DNA of 58,762 nt from contig CAZPLB010000003.1 of the NCBI GenBank assembly GCA_964587425.1, forward strand, positions 1 through 58,762, written 5' to 3'. This DNA comes from an uncultured Gammaproteobacteria bacterium (GTDB lineage Bacteria; Patescibacteriota; Microgenomatia; UBA8517). The first letter of the stretch is position 1. Each line of letters begins with the position of its first letter. The notes below the pieces were generated by a model. The model was not told the DNA's origin. It was given only the letters and a program-made list of their open reading frames with translations, and searched no databases. Both the position numbers and the translations under genes were made by a program. Of this stretch, positions 48,582 to 58,077 are shown one piece after another.

Positions 48582-49367
48582 ATGGCCAAAAGATGGACCA
48601 AGAATGAAGAGTTTTTAAAGCATAAAGAGCTCAAAGAACTCTATTTGAAAAAGAACATGAGCATAGGACAAATTGCAGAAATTCTTAATATCGCTCAAAG
48701 CACGGTATATGACAGATTATTAAGATTAGGAATAAAATCTATTCGTTCTCAAAAGGAAGGATTTAACAACAAACGGTTAGACATATCAATTCCAAGAAAA
48801 TTTTCAAAAGAATTATCTGAGTTTATAGGAATAATGTTGGGAGATGGACACTTGACTTCCACACAAGTCGCTGTAACACTTGGCAACAAGGAAGAGAGTT
48901 ATGTTAACTATGTGTCGGAACTTGTAAATAAAATATTTAAAATTAAACCAAAGATTCTAAGATTAAAGAAAGGGTATTTTGTGGTTTACTTTGGTTCCAC
49001 GGAAGTTGTTCGATGGTTGCTTTCGATGGGACTAGTATTTAATAAGGTTAGACAGCAAGTAGATGTACCAGTCTGGATTTTTTCCAATCACAATTGGATG
49101 GAAGGTTTTCTTAGAGGTTTTTTTGACACCGATGGTTCTGTGTATAAACTAAAATTCGGTATACAAATAGCATTCACAAATAGATCCTTGCCGATGTTAA
49201 AATCGATACATCGGTGTTTAACATTATTGGACTATAATCCATCCAAGATTAGTTTATTTCGTGTATATTTAACAAGAAAAGAAGATGTAAATAGGTTTTT
49301 TACAACAATTGGGTCAGCAAACTTGAAACATCAACAACGATTTGAGAAATTTTCATTGACAAACTAA
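48582..49367 (+). mobile_element. Free-standing LAGLIDADG (DOD-type) homing endonuclease with N-terminal HTH
   Basis: IGQIAEILNIAQSTVYDRL (HTH); FIGIMLGDGH and FLRGFFDTDGSV; stop 1 nt before tRNA-Tyr. Confidence 0.88.
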
Positions 49368-49368
49368 A

Positions 49369-49452
49369 GCTGAGGTGGCGGAGCGGCAAACGCACATGAC
49401 TGTAGATCATGCGTCCGAAAGGACTTCATAGGTTCGAGTCCTATCCTCAGCA
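49369..49452 (+). tRNA. tRNA-Tyr(GTA)
   Basis: GCTGAGG..CATGA-CT-GTA-GA-TCATG, long variable arm, ATAGG-TTCGAGT-CCTAT-CCTCAGC-A. Confidence 0.95.
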
Positions 49453-49471
49453 CAAAAGAAGAATTGAGAAA

Positions 49472-50344
49472 TCACTGTACCCATTCAGGCTGTGCCCAAT
49501 TTCTCATATAGATTGGTAACTTTTCCTCACTTACAATCTTGTTCTTGTTGAATGTAAGTTTGATTGCCAACCCTTGTCTTGTTTTCTCACTCCACATTTG
49601 GTCAAAAACAAAGTTCCCAAGCGAATAGTAAACTGGTTTTCCATCAATATATTCAATATCTTGTACCCAATGAGGGTGGCTCCCTGCAATTACATCAGCC
49701 CCACTCTCAATAAGTTTTTTAGCTGTAGTTCTTTGATGAATATTAGCAGTAGCCTGATATTCACTTCCCCAGTGAACTGCAACAATTAATACATCTACTT
49801 TCAAGTTCGCATCTCTTACTAACTTCATATCAGTCTCTGTAATATCACTATCAATAAACTCAAACCCCATAAAGCCAAATTTAGTTCCACCCACATTCTT
49901 TACAACTAGATTTTGATATCCAACTGAGCTAATGCCCGCATCAGTCAAAAAATTAGTAGTTTTACTTTTGCCATCAGCTCCATAATTTAGTGTGTGGTTA
50001 TTTGCAAGGTTTGCTACATCGATTCCTGCATATGTAAGTCCTTCAATCATCCGAGGAAGTGCGCAAAAGATCATCCCATCAGTTCGTCTTGGACAATTAT
50101 CAATAATAGGATTTTCAAGATTAACAAATACCAAATCAGCACTCTTTAATTCCTGAGAAACATTCTTGAATGGGTATGTGGGGTCGTTCAAATCAAGACT
50201 TTTTGTCATGACGCTTCGCCCAAGCATCACGTCTCCAGTGAGAAGTATGGTGACATTCTCACTATTAACACCTCTCACCCTGGTATAGGAGACCACAAGA
50301 AGACAGAGAGATACAACAATTAAAAGTCCAACTATCTTCTTCAC
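49472..50344 (-). CDS. CapA/PgsA family metallophosphoesterase-like protein
   Basis: GDVMLGR, NLENP, LANNHTLNYG, VHWGSEY, GSHPHWVQ, YSLGNFVFDQ. Confidence 0.93.
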   Translation of the reverse strand: MKKIVGLLIVVSLCLLVVSYTRVRGVNSENVTILLTGDVMLGRSVMTKSLDLNDPTYPFKNVSQELKSADLVFVNLENPIIDNCPRRTDGMIFCALPRMIEGLTYAGIDVANLANNHTLNYGADGKSKTTNFLTDAGISSVGYQNLVVKNVGGTKFGFMGFEFIDSDITETDMKLVRDANLKVDVLIVAVHWGSEYQATANIHQRTTAKKLIESGADVIAGSHPHWVQDIEYIDGKPVYYSLGNFVFDQMWSEKTRQGLAIKLTFNKNKIVSEEKLPIYMRNWAQPEWVQ

Positions 50345-50373
50345 AATATATTCAGTATAACTTTTTTGAAGAT

Positions 50374-50540
50374 AAAAAAGACCCCGCCAAACGGTTTTGA
50401 TAAATTTTGGTTTCCTTGTTGTGACAAGGTGGATGAGCTCGCTTTGAATCCTTTTATAAACTCAAATAATTTGCTCTTCCAATTAGATGATAATCAAGGA
50501 AAGCCATCTAACATCTATCAAAGACCTATACAGCAGGGTC
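50374..50540 (-). ncRNA. ssrS: Putative 6S RNA
   Basis: Own promoter (TTTACA-18-TGC-TACAAT); 5' and 3' ends pair; rod with central bubble and terminal hairpin; U6 tail; hand-folded only. Confidence 0.72.
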
Positions 50541-50575
50541 AACTAATTGTAGCAAATTAAGTCAAGGGGTGTAAA

Positions 50576-51202
50576 TTAAATTGTTCCTATCCCAGGCAAG
50601 AAAATATTCAGAAAAAACCTCATAATGGGGAAAATTATGATAGATATTGGTGAAGACCCTCCCCAAATAGGCATTATTAGGAAAATCAAAACAAAAAGAC
50701 CATATCTTTGCATAAATAAATCAACTTGTCTTCCTTCACGGTTAGGCAGTAGTGCAATCAAAACCTTCCCTCCATCAAGTGGATGAATTGGGAGTAAATT
50801 AAAAGAGGCAAGTGCAACGCTTATAATTACAAAATTGGTCAAAAATGGAGAGATGATAACACTAGCTTCAGGCACTAAAAACCGTAAAACTAATGAAGCA
50901 ATAGAGGCAGTAACTAAATTTGAAATCGGTCCAGCAATTGAAATCAAGGCTGAGTCTCTTTTGGGGTTACCAAGATTATATGGATCAAACTGTACTGGTT
51001 TCCCCCAACCAAATCGAAAACCAGTCAGTATCATGGCCAGAGTTCCAATGGGGTCAAGATGTTTAATAGGGTTAAGTGTTAACCTCCCCATAAGCCTCGC
51101 AGTTGGATCTCCAAGCTCATTTGCCATCCACGCATGAGCCGCCTCGTGAAAGGTGAGAGCTGCAAGAAGTGCGATAATTTCAAAAACAAAAAACTCAAAC
51201 AT
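50576..51202 (-). CDS. Site-2 protease (M50 family)
   Basis: HEAAH, AGPISN, FNLLPIHPLDGGK. Confidence 0.95.
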   Translation of the reverse strand: MFEFFVFEIIALLAALTFHEAAHAWMANELGDPTARLMGRLTLNPIKHLDPIGTLAMILTGFRFGWGKPVQFDPYNLGNPKRDSALISIAGPISNLVTASIASLVLRFLVPEASVIISPFLTNFVIISVALASFNLLPIHPLDGGKVLIALLPNREGRQVDLFMQRYGLFVLIFLIMPIWGGSSPISIIIFPIMRFFLNIFLPGIGTI

Positions 51203-51237
51203 TGAATATAAACCCTATTTGAATTATAATACAACAC

Positions 51238-51501
51238 ATGTCATTTATTTGCGACAATTGCCACAAAGTTACTGTAACTGGCCGTACCCACAGCCACAAG
51301 CGTGGTATTGCTGGAAAAAGATGGTTAAAAAGAGCCCCAGTAACCCTCAGAACTTTTAGTCCAAACATTCAAAAAGCAACAATCACACTAGATGGAAAAA
51401 GGATTCAATTAAAGCTCTGTACAAAATGCATAAAGAGATTTAAAAATGAAGGATTAATCAAAACTACTCGCCGAACCCAAACTCTGAGTGCCCTTGCCTG
51501 A
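51238..51501 (+). CDS. rpmB: 50S ribosomal protein bL28
   Basis: CDNCHK..G..SH..RTFSPNIQ..CTKCIK. Confidence 0.92.
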   Translation: MSFICDNCHKVTVTGRTHSHKRGIAGKRWLKRAPVTLRTFSPNIQKATITLDGKRIQLKLCTKCIKRFKNEGLIKTTRRTQTLSALA

Positions 51502-52345
51502 ATTGTTCCCAACTCACTTTGTCTTTTCCTTCCAATTGCACCTCATCTAATATTAGTTTTTCAAACTCAATATGAGCCTTCAAGATTTTAAATCTTAATT
51601 TTTCCTCTCCAATCACTACATATGTCCAGGCAATAGGCCAAGGATACATAGCACGAACTCTTCTTTCAACTTCTTCAATTCCTTTTCCTTCAAGTGCGCC
51701 AGCTAATGTTTTTGGTTCAATAAAGCCATCCTGTTTAGAAAGTATTTTAGTAATGGTTGCCTGTATCTCATCCTGTTTTTTAAGTCTAACTTTTCCTCCA
51801 ACATAGCTTGGAATTAAATTAATCAAAAAGTCAGCAGATCTTTTAAATAGTCTCCTTCTTAAACTGTCATTAGTATCATCTGGGAGTATCTCATCTTTAA
51901 AGTAGCTCACAACCTGTCCATGGTCCATCTTTTCATCCATCTTAATAATACTAACTCCAATTTCAGTTTCACCTTCTAAAATTGCAGTCTGAATAGGGGA
52001 TGCACCTCTATATTTAGGAAGTAGAGAAGGATGAATATTAAGTATTCCAAATTTAAACTTTTTGATAATAGCTGCAGGAATAATCCTTCCATATGCAGCA
52101 ACAATTCCAAGATCAGCTTCAGGAAACTTTCTGAGGTCAAATTCTCGTATTGTGACCACTCCATGTCTGTCATGTGCCCAGCTATCAACTGCAGAGTAAG
52201 TCATGAATTTCTTGCGCCCAACAGGGCGTGGTGGCTGTGTAACTACAGCAATCAAATTCGTTTCATGCGGTGTGTCATATGCCTTGTGTAAAGCATTAAG
52301 TACTGGAAGTACATAATCAGGTGTTCCAAAAAAGATTATTTTCAT
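51464..52345 (-). CDS. fmt: Methionyl-tRNA formyltransferase
   Basis: MKIIFFGTP, VTQPPRPVGR, NIHPSLLPKYRGASPIQ, MDEKMDHG. Confidence 0.96.
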   Translation of the reverse strand: MKIIFFGTPDYVLPVLNALHKAYDTPHETNLIAVVTQPPRPVGRKKFMTYSAVDSWAHDRHGVVTIREFDLRKFPEADLGIVAAYGRIIPAAIIKKFKFGILNIHPSLLPKYRGASPIQTAILEGETEIGVSIIKMDEKMDHGQVVSYFKDEILPDDTNDSLRRRLFKRSADFLINLIPSYVGGKVRLKKQDEIQATITKILSKQDGFIEPKTLAGALEGKGIEEVERRVRAMYPWPIAWTYVVIGEEKLRFKILKAHIEFEKLILDEVQLEGKDKVSWEQFRQGHSEFGFGE

Positions 52346-52433
52346 AGGCTCAATTATACCATTTTTACATCTCTCAAGAGTAAATCTCTTGCCAACCCCT
52401 GTGTGTGTGATTTAATATTAAATAGAATAGAAT

Positions 52434-54287
52434 ATGTTCAAGAAGTTTTTGGTGTTGTTTTATGTCTTACTCATAATATCGTCATGTCTCAGTATCTTCG
52501 TATCAAGTGCCAAAGCTTACTACACCAATATGCCGGCCACTCAAGTATTGGGTCAAACAAATTTCACAGATAGCGCTGGAGGAGTAAGCAGTACTAAATT
52601 TTTTGATAATACCACACATCAAACCAACACCGGTCTGGCTGGTATTTTTGTCGATCCAAATGGGAGGCTAATAGTTTCAGATTTTAGTAATGCTAGAGTT
52701 TTAATTTGGAATAGAGTTCCAACAACTAATGGCGCACCCGCTGATTTAGTTCTAGGCCAGCCTGATTTTATAAGCAGTACCTCAAACAACGGAGGTAGAT
52801 CAGCTAGCTCAATGAATGCAGGCGGTGTTGAAGGTGTTTACTCTACGGGGACAAAATTATTTGTAGCAGATACAGGTAATAATCGTATCCTAATCTGGAA
52901 TACCTTCCCCACTACAAATGGTCAGGCAGCAGATGTCGTAGTTGGACAAACAGACTTTGCTTCAGCGGCCACTACATGTGACAATGTAACGCTTCGAATT
53001 CCAGATGTTGTGTTTGTGTACCAAGATAAACTAGTAGTTACCGATAGGAATCATGCAAGGGTGATGATATGGAATTCAATTCCAACCACAAATGGCCAGA
53101 CTGCAGATCTGGTAATTGGCAAAACAAATTTTAGCGATTGTTCAACTGCTACAGTAGTTACCCAAAGCAATTTAAGTAATCCATTCGGCCTTTTTGTAGA
53201 CAATGGAAAGCTATTTGTTACCGAAGCAAATGTTAACCGCGTCCTAATCTGGAATACCTTCCCCACTACAAATGGTCAGGCAGCAGATGTGGTGGTTGGA
53301 CAAACAAATTTTGAAAATAGTACAACTGGAACAACTATATCGACATTGAATAACCCCAATTATGTATACATAAAAGACAGTCGGATGTTTGTTTCTGATG
53401 AAGTAAATCACCGTATACTAATTTTTAACTCAATTCCAACAACCAATGGAGCAAGCGCAGATCTAGTTTTAGGTCAACCCAGTTTTACCTCTGGGTCAGC
53501 TAATCAGGGAAGCTCAACAGCGGCAAACACTTTAAATAGACCAAGAGCAGTCTTCATTTACAACAACAAACTCTTTGTTGGTGACCCAATAAATGCCAGA
53601 GTCCTCATCTTTCCTAACATCATGGATACTCCAAGTATGAATATAACCACACCACCAGAAACTGTAAACAACACCACTCTCAGAGTCAGAGGTAGTATCC
53701 AACTGGGAAACAGACCAAATTACAGTATGCAGTGGGTCAAAGCAGACATCAATGGAGGAGGACTGGGATATGTAACTAGTTTGGGTGGAGGACGTGACAA
53801 TGGAGACTCTCAAACTCTGTATGACTTCATGAATGAATTTAATCCCACAGTTAATGGAGGAACCACCACTAACTACACCATGAAGTTAGTAGCTAGTTCC
53901 TTCAATGCAGATACAACCTCTCTCTTTTACTTCCAACCTTTTAATTTTGAATATATACGTAGAACAAACCCAACCCTCTCAATTACCAAACAAAATTTAA
54001 ACATCTCCTTCCTTGTCAACAAACTAAATATCCAGAGAATGAAAGACAATATTGATCATTTTGAAGTTCTCACCTCTACAGACAGTGGTAAACTCTGGAA
54101 CAAACTCACTACCAATATATCTACAGACAAGATTAATGACCAAGGTAATATATATCTAACCATTCCAAATACCCTCACCCCTGGAACAAAATACCTAGTC
54201 AAAGTAGTATCAGTATCAAAGGACAGTAACTGGAGACAGGACTCTAACTCTCTCACTTACTTTGTACCAAAGAAAAAGACAAAGTAA
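52434..54287 (+). CDS. Secreted NHL-repeat beta-propeller protein with C-terminal beta domains
   Basis: Signal peptide; repeated L(F/I)V(A/S)D..N.RVLIWN..PTTNG..ADLV(L/V)GQ. Confidence 0.88.
   Translation: MFKKFLVLFYVLLIISSCLSIFVSSAKAYYTNMPATQVLGQTNFTDSAGGVSSTKFFDNTTHQTNTGLAGIFVDPNGRLIVSDFSNARVLIWNRVPTTNGAPADLVLGQPDFISSTSNNGGRSASSMNAGGVEGVYSTGTKLFVADTGNNRILIWNTFPTTNGQAADVVVGQTDFASAATTCDNVTLRIPDVVFVYQDKLVVTDRNHARVMIWNSIPTTNGQTADLVIGKTNFSDCSTATVVTQSNLSNPFGLFVDNGKLFVTEANVNRVLIWNTFPTTNGQAADVVVGQTNFENSTTGTTISTLNNPNYVYIKDSRMFVSDEVNHRILIFNSIPTTNGASADLVLGQPSFTSGSANQGSSTAANTLNRPRAVFIYNNKLFVGDPINARVLIFPNIMDTPSMNITTPPETVNNTTLRVRGSIQLGNRPNYSMQWVKADINGGGLGYVTSLGGGRDNGDSQTLYDFMNEFNPTVNGGTTTNYTMKLVASSFNADTTSLFYFQPFNFEYIRRTNPTLSITKQNLNISFLVNKLNIQRMKDNIDHFEVLTSTDSGKLWNKLTTNISTDKINDQGNIYLTIPNTLTPGTKYLVKVVSVSKDSNWRQDSNSLTYFVPKKKTK
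52888..53290 (+). repeat. Identical 49-bp direct repeat inside the NHL gene (52888-52936 and 53242-53290)
   Basis: tcctaatctggaataccttccccactacaaatggtcaggcagcagatgt twice, 354 bp apart. Confidence 0.9.
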
Positions 54288-54299
54288 GTTTTAACTTAC

Positions 54300-54839
54300 T
54301 TAGATAAGCTCCACTTCCTCCCACCCATCATCACCAAACTGATATAAAGGTGCCTTCTGTTCAAGAATATGATCTATAAAAAGCTTCCCATTCAAGTGAT
54401 CCATTTCATGCTGCATTATCTGTGCCTCAAACCCTTCAAAGCTCTCTGTCAATTCTTCACCCTTCTCATCTTTGTATTTAATTTTAACCATTTGATTTCG
54501 CTTTATTGGCCCATAATAATGGGGGAGAGATAAACATCCTTCAAGTATATCTTCTTTAAGTCTTTTTGCCTTTTGTTTTTTACCCCTCACAATTTTTTTT
54601 GTTTCAAGAATTGTAGGGTTAACAATAACCCTTTTTAATTTTTTGTAATCAACCACAAAAAGCCTCAAACTCTTTCCAATTTGAGGAGCAGCCAAACCAA
54701 CCCCCTCAGGATCTTTTTGAGTTTCGAGAGTGTCCTGCATATCACGAACCAATTCACTAAGCTTCTTGTCGAACTTAGTAATCTCCTTAGCTTTAGCCCG
54801 CAAAATTGGGTTTTTCACTGTTACAACTTTCCTTACCAT
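54300..54839 (-). CDS. def: Peptide deformylase
   Basis: GVGLAAPQIG, EGCLS, QHEMDHLNG. Confidence 0.97.
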   Translation of the reverse strand: MVRKVVTVKNPILRAKAKEITKFDKKLSELVRDMQDTLETQKDPEGVGLAAPQIGKSLRLFVVDYKKLKRVIVNPTILETKKIVRGKKQKAKRLKEDILEGCLSLPHYYGPIKRNQMVKIKYKDEKGEELTESFEGFEAQIMQHEMDHLNGKLFIDHILEQKAPLYQFGDDGWEEVELI

Positions 54840-54897
54840 ATGACTGTATTATAGCTTTTTATTGGCTTTCCCTCAAACATCACGTTGCTAAATTATT

Positions 54898-56073
54898 TTG
54901 GAAGTGTTTAAATATACTTCCGTGAGGGGTGAGAGAACATTATTAAAATTAGGAGTTGCTGCAGCATTTCTCGCCTTCGGCACCCATCAAATTCAATCTT
55001 CGGAAAGTAATAGCCAAGAAAACACTCCACATCAACACGACAACGGCATTGTATGCGAGCCCGGAACATCGCAAATTACAGCTCGTGGTGTAAGAGCAAG
55101 GGTAGGACCAGGAACAGAATACACAGTAGAAACATTCTTACACGAAGGACAGCAAGTTCAAGTTACCGGCCCAAGACTAGCAGCCAATAACACAAACGCT
55201 GGAGGAGTAATCTCAAACACTTGGTGCGAGATAACTCTCGATGGTAAAATATTAGATGTCTTTAGCGGGTATGTATCTCCCCTAGAACCATCAAACATAT
55301 CGCAGTCGGCTCAGAATCAAGTAACACAAAATTCCACCACGACAGTAGTGGAGACAGGACAGTGTCCGCCAGGAAGTAACGGGCAGCTGGCAACAGTCAC
55401 AGGAAACACTGGAGACCCTGAATTACCTATTGGCAGACAAGTTTCAATTATTACATTTGGAAGTGACGGTCAGGATTTAGTGCAAACCGCGCAATGCCAT
55501 TCATTTAACATCTCATCAAATCTCATTAGTGGTGGGGAGCAAGCCCCAGTTACTCAAAACTCAAATCCACAAGAAGGTTGGTGGGGAGGTGTCGATAATC
55601 CAAATTATGTAAGTCCAGTATTACAAGGGTGCAAATATTCAAACTTAAATATTACTCAAATTACATATACCGATTATCGTCAAGGCAGGAATTATACAAT
55701 ACCCAACAATCCTTACGATGTGATTGCTTGGTTAGGGAATCAGCGAGGTCAAGACGCTTGGTTGGGGTATGCAGATCAAGTTGCTCCAGGTCAACATGCT
55801 GGTTTTGCAATGGATGCCGATGCTTCAATCATATCTGAGTTTAGATTCATTGCTAGTACAAATATTGTTAATGGAGAAACAGTTCAGAATGATCAAGTTG
55901 CAATCCAATTTCTACAAAGCCAATCAACTGGAAGACAATATATTTTACCTTATCAATCAATGACTACGTTCGCAAGATCAAACGGAGAAAACAGCGGTCA
56001 GCATTTATGTGGAATATATCAAATATCCCCAGACACGGTTACTCTTTTGGAGACTTCCGGTTTAATCCAATAA
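54898..56073 (+). CDS. Secreted SH3b-domain protein
   Basis: VRARVGPGTEY..LHEGQQVQV..WCEI..GYV; start codon uncertain (TTG). Confidence 0.7.
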   Translation: MEVFKYTSVRGERTLLKLGVAAAFLAFGTHQIQSSESNSQENTPHQHDNGIVCEPGTSQITARGVRARVGPGTEYTVETFLHEGQQVQVTGPRLAANNTNAGGVISNTWCEITLDGKILDVFSGYVSPLEPSNISQSAQNQVTQNSTTTVVETGQCPPGSNGQLATVTGNTGDPELPIGRQVSIITFGSDGQDLVQTAQCHSFNISSNLISGGEQAPVTQNSNPQEGWWGGVDNPNYVSPVLQGCKYSNLNITQITYTDYRQGRNYTIPNNPYDVIAWLGNQRGQDAWLGYADQVAPGQHAGFAMDADASIISEFRFIASTNIVNGETVQNDQVAIQFLQSQSTGRQYILPYQSMTTFARSNGENSGQHLCGIYQISPDTVTLLETSGLIQ

Positions 56074-56074
56074 T

Positions 56075-58030
56075 TTATAAACCCTTAATTTCTTCTTTCA
56101 CTAACTCATCATCTGGAGACAGATATTTAAGTATATACTCAAATTGTTCTTTGGCATTCTTGTAATCCTTTTTGATTTTATACAAAACCCCAAGTGCAAA
56201 CCGGGCATCCTGATAATTAGATTTTAATTCAACTGCCTTTTTGTAGTTTTCAATTGCCATATCAATTTGTCCCAATTTCACATATGTTTTTCCTTTTTCA
56301 ACAAAGATAAATGGATCATTGCCATCCCGTGTCTGTGTCTCCTCAATAAAAGGTAGGGCTTCCAACAAATAATTTTTGTCGACATCAGATATTATGAGAA
56401 GTGTTCTAATTCTGCTTTTCCTCAAAGGAACATTGTAAAAAGATAGATCGATTGCCAATTTACTTTCCTCATCTGCTTTCTCTGCAAAGTCAGCTGAATC
56501 TGTTGCATTTTTGTCTTTGAGCCCAACTGCAATTCGAGATAACTGGCCTGCAAGTTCATCGTGGTATATGGGTTCATGGGCTGAGATATCAAATGCGGCA
56601 AGTATGGAATTTATTGATTCACTATATTTTTTCTCCTCAGCAAAATTCTTTGACTGTTGATACAAATAATCAGCTCGCCAATATTTACTAACTGCAAAAA
56701 TCCCAAAAATAATTAAAAATATTGCAAACACAGTTGCAGACTTCTGACCACTAGTCAAAGGATTGCTGTAAATCTTTTTCTTCGCACTGTCAATTTGTGA
56801 TATCACCGATATTGCAGGTATTAGAAAAAGAAAAAGTTGTGTAACGGTAACTGAAAACCCAAAAAAGTTTGTAACAAGAATTGAAACATATCCAGAAAGT
56901 AATGCAATGTTAAGTGTTTTCGACCTCCCCTTAATAATTAAAATTATTGAAAAAACAATAAAGATAAAATATGAAGTTATTCCAACAATTCCAGTATTAG
57001 CGAGGTTGTTAAGGTATTCATTGTGTGCCTTGTTGTATATAAAATCCCATTCACTAGTTAGATTGTGAGCAACAGGGCGAAATTGAGGGAATGTATATGC
57101 AAATGTTTCAAGACCACCTCCTAATATTGGATGGTGCTGCCAAACTCCAATAGCCCCTTGCCAAACAAGTTGACGAATCTCACCAGACTCAGTCCCAGCT
57201 CCTTCGGTATTGTCTGTGTTTGTATTCAGTAACTTCAATCCAACAATTCCTCCCACCAACAGTCCTGCGACGCAAAAGCCAACTGCAATTTTTCTAGATC
57301 GCTTCCAAATAAGTAGTACCAAAAATACAAAGATAGAAGCCCCAAGTCCAAGTAATCCAGACCTTGATTTAGTAAACCAAACAGCCAGAAGTAAGGTTAT
57401 TGAAATTACAATCCAAATTAATTTGTTCTGTGTTTTTTGTTTTTCTTTCAAAGCGAAAAACCAAGTTAGTGGGATAACTGAGACTAGATATGCTGCCATC
57501 CAGTTTGGTTGTCCCATTGTTGCAAACACGCGGGCTTGAACATCTTGTACCCAGCAGCTATCATCGAAAACTTTTGTAAAAATTAAGCAGCTAAATGAAT
57601 GACCAAAGTGTTCAAGTATCCCATACAGTGAAACAAATGTTGTCCCAAGAAGAATTGAATACAAAATATATTTAAGACTTTTCTTGCCTACATTTGATAC
57701 AAATGCCCAGTAAAGAAGAGCATATGAGATAAGAGACAAAAATCCGCCATTAAATCTTCCATAATATCCAAAAATAGAAGTATGAACATCTATTGAGAAA
57801 AGAGTACAGAGAAGTGAGACACCTAAATAGATGAGAAGTGGAATATCAAGAAGTGTTCTTTTGAATATTAATTTTTTTTGTCTAATTGTTTCAATAATCC
57901 AGACTCCAGTAATTAATATCGTAAAAATGTAGACAACAATAAGTTTGTTAAATTCAAAAAGTTCAGAAGTACTAGGAAAGAAAACAAGTGGAACCAAGAA
58001 GAAAAGAAGACCAAAAAGATAGCTAATCAT
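56075..58030 (-). CDS. O-antigen ligase family membrane protein with C-terminal TPR
   Basis: Many TMs; RVFATMGQPN, TKSRSG, HPILGGGLETF, KAHNEYLN; TPR AIENYKKAVELKSNY. Confidence 0.9.
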   Translation of the reverse strand: MISYLFGLLFFLVPLVFFPSTSELFEFNKLIVVYIFTILITGVWIIETIRQKKLIFKRTLLDIPLLIYLGVSLLCTLFSIDVHTSIFGYYGRFNGGFLSLISYALLYWAFVSNVGKKSLKYILYSILLGTTFVSLYGILEHFGHSFSCLIFTKVFDDSCWVQDVQARVFATMGQPNWMAAYLVSVIPLTWFFALKEKQKTQNKLIWIVISITLLLAVWFTKSRSGLLGLGASIFVFLVLLIWKRSRKIAVGFCVAGLLVGGIVGLKLLNTNTDNTEGAGTESGEIRQLVWQGAIGVWQHHPILGGGLETFAYTFPQFRPVAHNLTSEWDFIYNKAHNEYLNNLANTGIVGITSYFIFIVFSIILIIKGRSKTLNIALLSGYVSILVTNFFGFSVTVTQLFLFLIPAISVISQIDSAKKKIYSNPLTSGQKSATVFAIFLIIFGIFAVSKYWRADYLYQQSKNFAEEKKYSESINSILAAFDISAHEPIYHDELAGQLSRIAVGLKDKNATDSADFAEKADEESKLAIDLSFYNVPLRKSRIRTLLIISDVDKNYLLEALPFIEETQTRDGNDPFIFVEKGKTYVKLGQIDMAIENYKKAVELKSNYQDARFALGVLYKIKKDYKNAKEQFEYILKYLSPDDELVKEEIKGL

Positions 58031-58077
58031 TTAGAAATTATATATCACTATTTATAGCTTGTGTTAAACTAAAAAGT

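Noticed and set aside
48511-49368. Group I or tRNA intron hosting the LAGLIDADG ORF
   Set aside because: Both flanking tRNAs are intact, and the non-coding flanks (~70 nt and 1 nt) are too short for a ribozyme core.
49472-50344. Poly-gamma-glutamate capsule pathway linking CapA with the RimK-like ligases
   Set aside because: No capB/capC in the window; stand-alone CapA-domain proteins are common; RimK-type ligases form alpha linkages.
50366-50560. 64-aa ORF from the ORF track
   Set aside because: No recognisable motif; it lies antisense to a structured RNA with its own promoter and U-tract, which explains the sequence better.
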